From the NCBI GenBank assembly GCA_964016885.1, contig OZ024743.1, positions 9,920,001-9,984,000 on the forward strand: DNA of 64,000 nucleotides, read 5' to 3'. The notes under the pieces were generated by a model. The model was not told the DNA's origin. It ran no database searches and worked only from the letters and a program-made list of their open reading frames with translations. Below, piece by piece: positions 58,430-64,000 of the stretch; position 1 is the first letter of the stretch, and each line of letters begins with the position of its first letter. The DNA comes from Eledone cirrhosa. Its lineage: Eukaryota. The translations under genes were made by a program, and so were the position numbers.

Positions 58430-61400
58430 TTACAGATATATACTCAGAGTAGGCCCATTCACTCGGGCCATTCTTGCTTCTCTCACCCATCTTTCAACAA
58501 AATGCTGGGAAGAGAGCACTTCCCTCTCTACTCTGATTTTCCTTTTCAAATGAAATTTGAAAAAGTCAATCGGAGCATCACCGAAGAGGTAAGTGCTCGT
58601 CTTCAGCCCTTTCAAACGTGTCCACCATACTATCTCTTTCGCCATGGCCACCAGACAGATAAAAACTGCCTGCCCTTCCCGGCTAAAGGAGGAGGGCGGG
58701 GCAATCCTCACGATGGACTCAGATGATAGCTGGATCCGTCCTAAACGCGACAGCAGGTGTTCGACATAAACCCACAAGTCAGCAATTTTCGGACACTGGA
58801 CGAGTGCGTGCAGGACGGTTTCGTCGCCCTGCGCGCATCTCGAACATGCCCGGCTGACGGCACCTCCATGCCTGTAGAGTTTATCCCGAACTGGCAAGGC
58901 TCCTCGGTAGCACTGCCAGGCCAGAGATTTCTGGAAGTTGTCCATAGGCCCTGGCCCGAAAGTTCTTCCGAAGAGATTGGCTAGTTGATTTTCGTCGACG
59001 CCTAGAGTTTCCCCAAGTACGTCGTCGCTCTTCCCCTCCACTAATCCTCTATAGAACGCCGAGGTGGAGTTTCCACCGATCACATTGCCCGATTGGTCGA
59101 GGGCTGTGAGCGCCTGAAGACATTCCAGTCTCCAGGCGCTCCCTCTCGGTCTTCGCTTGACCCAGGACTGCAGCTCCGTCAAGGAAACGAGCTGGGGAAA
59201 CACGTGTCTAGCAAACGGCGACCACACCTGATCACCGTCGAGGAAGAGGTGGAGATGTCGTAGCCTGAGCGCGTGCCTGCGCATCATCAGCCACGGCCTG
59301 CCCAGCCCTCCACGTAGCGGGTGTTGACAACAGATGGACCGCCTGACCATCGGAGCGCGTCCCTTCCACAAAAAGCGAAAGAGCAAACGCTCCAGCGCAG
59401 TCAGGCGAGGCTTAGGACAAGGTACGACGGTCAGGCGGTAGCAGATGACGGACGCGATGTACGCGTTAGCCACCTCCGCTCGACCTTTCAGGGATAGCTT
59501 CCTCTCGGCCCATTTCTGGGTGAGAGAAGCCACCCTGCTCGTCACCTCGTCCCAGTTTTTGTCCGTCTGGAGGTCCGGACCGAACCAGACCCCTAGCAAT
59601 TTAACAGGTCCGTCCGTCCAGCGTCCGACGACGCTGTTGGACGGCATGGACCTGCCTCTTCAGGTGCCGAGATGCAGGCCCACTGACTTTTCCTGGTTGA
59701 TCATTGCTCCTGTCACCGCTTCGTATTCTCTTAGTGTAGTGCCGATCGCCTCGATGTGTTTGGCGCTCGACACCACTACGGTGACATCGTCCGCATGTGC
59801 TGACACTGATCTTCCGCATCCTAGTTCGCGTGGGACTCCCCTGAACGTCTCCAGTTTGTGCAGTAATGGCTCGAGAGTCAATACGTACAAGAGGGACGAG
59901 AGGGGACATCCTTGGCAGACCGAGCGCATGATGTTAAACGGTTCCGACAGGTGACCGTTCACTCTCACCACAGAGCAGATGTCGCTGTGCATGGCAGCGA
60001 TCCAGCCTCTGAAGACGGGCCCAAAGCCAGCCGCCCTCAGAACTGCCGCTAGGTAACGATGGTCGACCCTATCGAAAGCTTTCAACTGATCTAAATTGAT
60101 CAAGGACCCACCCGTGCCAGGTTCCTTAGCTACCCTCTCTATGATGTATCGCATGCGGTGGAGGTTGTCGTGGATGGATCTGTCGGGAATGGCGCATGTC
60201 TGCGCCTCTCCCACCAGACCACCAACGACAAGCACCAACCTCTTTGCTAGCACATTGGCCAAAATCTTGAACTCTGTGTTTAGCAGAGTTATGGGCCAGA
60301 AATTATCTATGTTATCCCCCTTGTACGGATCCTTTCTCAGCAGTGCCACCACTCCTCGGCTCACAGAACTGGGAATTCTCCCGTTCTGTTGCCAGTTGCA
60401 GTAGACCTCCGCCAAGAGGCCTCCGAACAAGTCTGGCATCTGTACGTAAAGTTCATATGGCAGACCATCCAAACCAGGCGATTTACCCCTTGTGCAGCCA
60501 GTCATTGCCTCCCTTACTTCAGCGGCTGTTATCGGCTTTTCGCAACACTTCGCCTCAGTGGCCGAGAGCCGCGGCAGTCCGTCGAGGTAGACACTAAAGT
60601 CCATCCCTCTACCCGGCCCACCGCTGCCCCCGAACAGCTGAGCGAAGTGTCGCTGAAAAGCTTCACACATTTGCCCGGGATCGAGTAGCATGCGCCCGTC
60701 GTGGTCCACCAAAGACCGGATCGTGGCTTTGTTGCCACGACGCGCCTCCGCCACTCGGGCCCATTGAATGGCTTTCGTCCCCTCGTGTCTGAGAGCACGC
60801 ACCCTTGCTCTGACAACGCAGCCTTCGTGCTTTGCATTGAAGAATTGGTCAAGGGCCAATTTCGCCGCAAGCACGTCGGTCGCAATGCCTTTGCTAAGCG
60901 CCTCGTCTAATTTTCTAACTAGTTCTCCCTCTGCTCTATTTTTCTCTATTGCTAAAGCCTTACTAAACCTAATCGATTCTATTCTAATCGCTCTTTTCAG
61001 AGCAAACCACCACTTGTTGTTGTCGATGGCCCCCGTCAACGCCCGCTTAACTAGTTCGCTAATCCGGTCTCTGTAGGCCTTGCGCGCTGGTAAGGACGCG
61101 TTTAGCTTCCAGTAGCCGGGTCCTCGTCTATGAAGCCTATCTAAGTCAAGCACACAGATCACGAATTTGTGGTCCGTGTAGCTGACTATCTTGAATTGTG
61201 GACAGCCTATGCTAGACCTATCTATTTCCCTACAAAATACTCTATCTAGATATGATCTGGATGACCCTATGCGGTTTGTCCAAGTCCACATTGGCACATT
61301 CGGGAAATCCAATCGGTACCTGTCAGACAGTTCAAAACGCCTGAGCAGGTTGGTGAGGCTCTTGCACCCTCCACCCCTATCCGCTAATCCCACACAGTCC

Positions 61401-61849
61401 CAGCGTACATCTAAGATCCCGTTCCAGTCGCCCACTAACACTAAAGAGCGGGACGTTCCAAGAAAGGTCTCCAGACGCCGGAAGAAATCAGGCCGCCCTG
61501 CTCCTGTCGGGGCATAGACGGCCACTAGCCTGAAAGCTTGCCCGTCTCCGCTGGTCACGTCCAGCACCACCAGCTTACCCTCTGGGTCCAGGAAGATGGC
61601 CCGTATGGCGAGATCCAAACCTCTCCGAAAAAGCACAGCAACTCCTCCACCCGATCCAGGACGGCTGGGAGATGCGTACACATCGTAGCCGCCGAAGATC
61701 GGTGCGAAGGCCCGTGCTTCGGAGATTCTGGTCTCGCTGATGGCCACTACATCTATGTTTAGTGACCTGAGGTCGTTGAGCAGGTGACCCTGCTTCCATG
61801 ACGACCCCAAGCCACGCGCATTTATGCTGCCTATTCTGAGTGAGGTCAT
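58430..61849 (-). pseudogene. LINE ORF2: AP endonuclease + RT + C-terminal CCHC; single in-frame TGA at 59660-59662
   Basis: SINARGL, ISET, VYAP, GDWN, SYLDR, TDH, YWKLN, KSPGLDG, PITLLN, DQLKAFDRV, QGCPLS, HADD, CSRC..ETVLHALVQC; ORFs 59660..61849 and 58430..59647 are in the same frame. Confidence 0.95.
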
Positions 61850-61884
61850 GTTTAAAATAGAGTGGAAAAGATGGGAAAGACCAC

Positions 61885-63960
61885 TTACCGTACTTTTGGT
61901 AGAGGAGGGATGGTTTTTACATCCCTTTTCACTTGATCGTCTGGTGAAGGGACCGTTGAATCGTCCCTTCGGCTGGTTGTCGGCTCTTCTAAGAGAATGT
62001 CTGAATATACTCTTCGATTGATGGTTCCTCCTAGGTCCCTGAAATCACCAACTGCGTTGGGGAATTTCGTTTTAATGTTTGTGTATTGTTTCTGTGCTAT
62101 TTTTAGCAGTCTTATGTTAGTTGGCGTTTTGATTGGTGCTGGTATTATGTAGTCCTGTTGTGAAATTTCTGTGTGTTCAATTATGTAAGTCATTAGTTTA
62201 TTGTTGTGTGTATTTATTGCCGTGCATTTGTTTTTCTGGGGGTGGGGTGTGGTTCTTATATTTTCTTGTCGTTGTTGCTGGGTGTGTGTGTTTTGTTGTT
62301 GTGTTTGCGATGTTGGTGCTTGTGGTGGTGGTGTTGAAGGTGTTGTTGGCGGTGGGGTTGTCGCCGGTGGTGATGGTGGTGCTAGTGTGGGTGGTGATGG
62401 TGTTGGTGGTGTTGCTGCTGTGGGTCTCTTTGCAGTAGACTTTACCCTTTTCTCATTTCTTTCCTCCCTTTTCAAAGGCGACGATGCGCTGCTTCTGCGT
62501 TTGTGCCTTCTTACGACCTTTTGCCATCCCTCTCCCACCTCACACTCCATGTCTGATTCTGTGAGGTCGGGGAGGGGTACCAGCTCCACTCTTTCACTTG
62601 TTGTTGTTGGTGATGTTTGCACTGGAGTCTCTGTTGCAGCTGCATTTGGTATTGCTGTTGTTGTTGTTAATATTTCCACTGCTGCTGCTGTTTTTGATTT
62701 CCGTGGAGTGGGTATGGGTGCCACGGACCTATCGTTCCTGGTTGCCGCTTGTCCTGTTGCTGGTAGCCGTGGAGCCGGATTCGGAAGGAGGGGGGTTTTC
62801 TCCTTTCTCAGGGTCTTCTCGTTGCAGAAGGCCCTGAGGTGAGTCTTCGATCCACAGCGAAAGCATTTCGGGCGTTTGCCTTCAACACTTATGGGCAGTT
62901 GAGTGCCGTTATCGAAGTCTATCACATCCGGGATAGCTTCGATGCACTCCTTGTTGGTTTGGATTAGCATCTCAATGGAGGTGCCGACCCAATCTTCTCT
63001 TACTTTTTTCTGTACTTGCAGTACAGTTGTTTTGTCCTCGATTCCGACGAGGACAGACGCGGCCAGCCAAGAAGGGGCCATTCCGGGGGGGACGTGGGTC
63101 AGTTTGACCCTCACAATTTTTTGCCCGCAGTAGGAGGGCACCAACACTATTTCCTCGCTCCTTAGGGTCACTACTGATTGGGCCTTTGCCTCCTGGGGTG
63201 TGGCAAAAAGTACGTCTACGGTGGCATATTTTTTGCCTCGGGTGATGTGCGTTTTCCGCTGCCACACAGACCCCAAGGCTTTTTGTATCTGAGCCTCTGT
63301 GGCTCTTTCCACCCTACGGGATTTTGTACTTACTGTACGGTACGTGACCGTACAGTGCTGTTGGGTTTCGAAAAATGTTTGCGCTGCCTTGCAGATTGCT
63401 CGGTGTCCATTCTTTGTCACCATCTTCTTCGCTTCCTCTAATTCCTCATTTGTTATGAGGATTGTTTCCAAGTTTTTCGCAATGCCTGCAAATGAGATTG
63501 GTTTTTCTTTGCTGCTATTGTTGTTGTTGTCGTCAGAGCTGCTGGTACTTTTGTTGTTGCTGCAGGTACTACGACTACTGCCTCCGCCGCTGTTGCTGTG
63601 GTTGTTGTTGGTGTTGCTGCTGCTAATGCTGTTGTTGTTTATGCTGCTGGTGATGCTGTTGCGGCCGCTACTGTTGTTTTCATTGTCACTGTTGCTGTTG
63701 TTATTACGGCTGCTACTGCTATTATTCCTGACGTCAGACGAATGAACTGGGTTTTCGTATTTCCCGCACACCTGTTTCGTCGCTGTCGTCGTCGTCGTGG
63801 AGAAACCTTGCACGCTTTGCACGAGACTTTTCTTTTCTTTCGTCACTTGCGAAAGAGAAGGGAGGGAGAGAGACAATCTTCTCTCTGCTGTAGTGATGAT
63901 TGAGGAAGAAGAAGACGGAATGAGTGGGAGTGACGTATGAAATTTCTTTTTCGTAGCCAT
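61885..63960 (-). CDS. LINE ORF1 protein (gag-like CX2CX4HX4C knuckle; low-complexity S/N and P/T regions)
   Basis: 691-aa open frame 35 nt upstream of ORF2; CFRCGSKTHLRAFC; GWQKVVRRHKRR basic motif. Confidence 0.88.
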   Translation of the reverse strand: MATKKKFHTSLPLIPSSSSSIITTAERRLSLSLPSLSQVTKEKKSLVQSVQGFSTTTTTATKQVCGKYENPVHSSDVRNNSSSSRNNNSNSDNENNSSGRNSITSSINNNSISSSNTNNNHSNSGGGSSRSTCSNNKSTSSSDDNNNNSSKEKPISFAGIAKNLETILITNEELEEAKKMVTKNGHRAICKAAQTFFETQQHCTVTYRTVSTKSRRVERATEAQIQKALGSVWQRKTHITRGKKYATVDVLFATPQEAKAQSVVTLRSEEIVLVPSYCGQKIVRVKLTHVPPGMAPSWLAASVLVGIEDKTTVLQVQKKVREDWVGTSIEMLIQTNKECIEAIPDVIDFDNGTQLPISVEGKRPKCFRCGSKTHLRAFCNEKTLRKEKTPLLPNPAPRLPATGQAATRNDRSVAPIPTPRKSKTAAAVEILTTTTAIPNAAATETPVQTSPTTTSERVELVPLPDLTESDMECEVGEGWQKVVRRHKRRSSASSPLKREERNEKRVKSTAKRPTAATPPTPSPPTLAPPSPPATTPPPTTPSTPPPQAPTSQTQQQNTHTQQQRQENIRTTPHPQKNKCTAINTHNNKLMTYIIEHTEISQQDYIIPAPIKTPTNIRLLKIAQKQYTNIKTKFPNAVGDFRDLGGTINRRVYSDILLEEPTTSRRDDSTVPSPDDQVKRDVKTIPPLPKVR

Positions 63961-64000
63961 GTTGTTTTTTGTTTAAAATGAATATTGGGTACAAAACCCC

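Larger units (their letters stand above)
58168..64000 (-). mobile_element. Near-full-length Tx1/L1-clade LINE
   Basis: Two ORFs; 3' UTR ends GTGGTTAATAAAGAAATC into (ATT)n; 5' UTR may run off the window. Confidence 0.95.

Noticed and set aside
59660-59662. TGA readthrough or selenocysteine in Tx1 ORF2
   Set aside because: Most simply a TGG-to-TGA nonsense mutation, accompanied by other inactivating substitutions.

Overview
AT-rich, microsatellite-saturated eukaryotic intergenic or intronic DNA. The SINE family and composition suggest an octopus or other cephalopod (inference). I cannot support any host protein-coding exon, and nearly all long ORFs in the track are microsatellite artefacts. 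The window is a nest of retroelements. (1) A near-complete Tx1/L1-clade LINE (ORF1 with a CCHC knuckle; APE-RT ORF2 with one nonsense codon) at ~58.2-64 kb, plus a truncated sister copy at 11.2 kb. (2) A 5'-truncated R4/Dong-type RT-REL element in a (TAA)n tract. (3) A full-length, decayed Neptune-like Penelope-like element (PLE) with pLTRs, and several Naiad-type PLE fragments. (4) RTE, Vingi-like and mariner remnants and tRNA-derived SINEs. Two patterns stand out. First, about a dozen distinct type I hammerhead ribozyme motifs (canonical or variant) sit in short units embedded in (TA)n; many have palindromic stem-loop III, an AATAAA just downstream, and fold-back (inverted repeat) or terminally redundant architecture. 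Second, a ~600-bp non-coding, RTE-derived bipartite element forms head-to-tail arrays in (TACA)n microsatellites.
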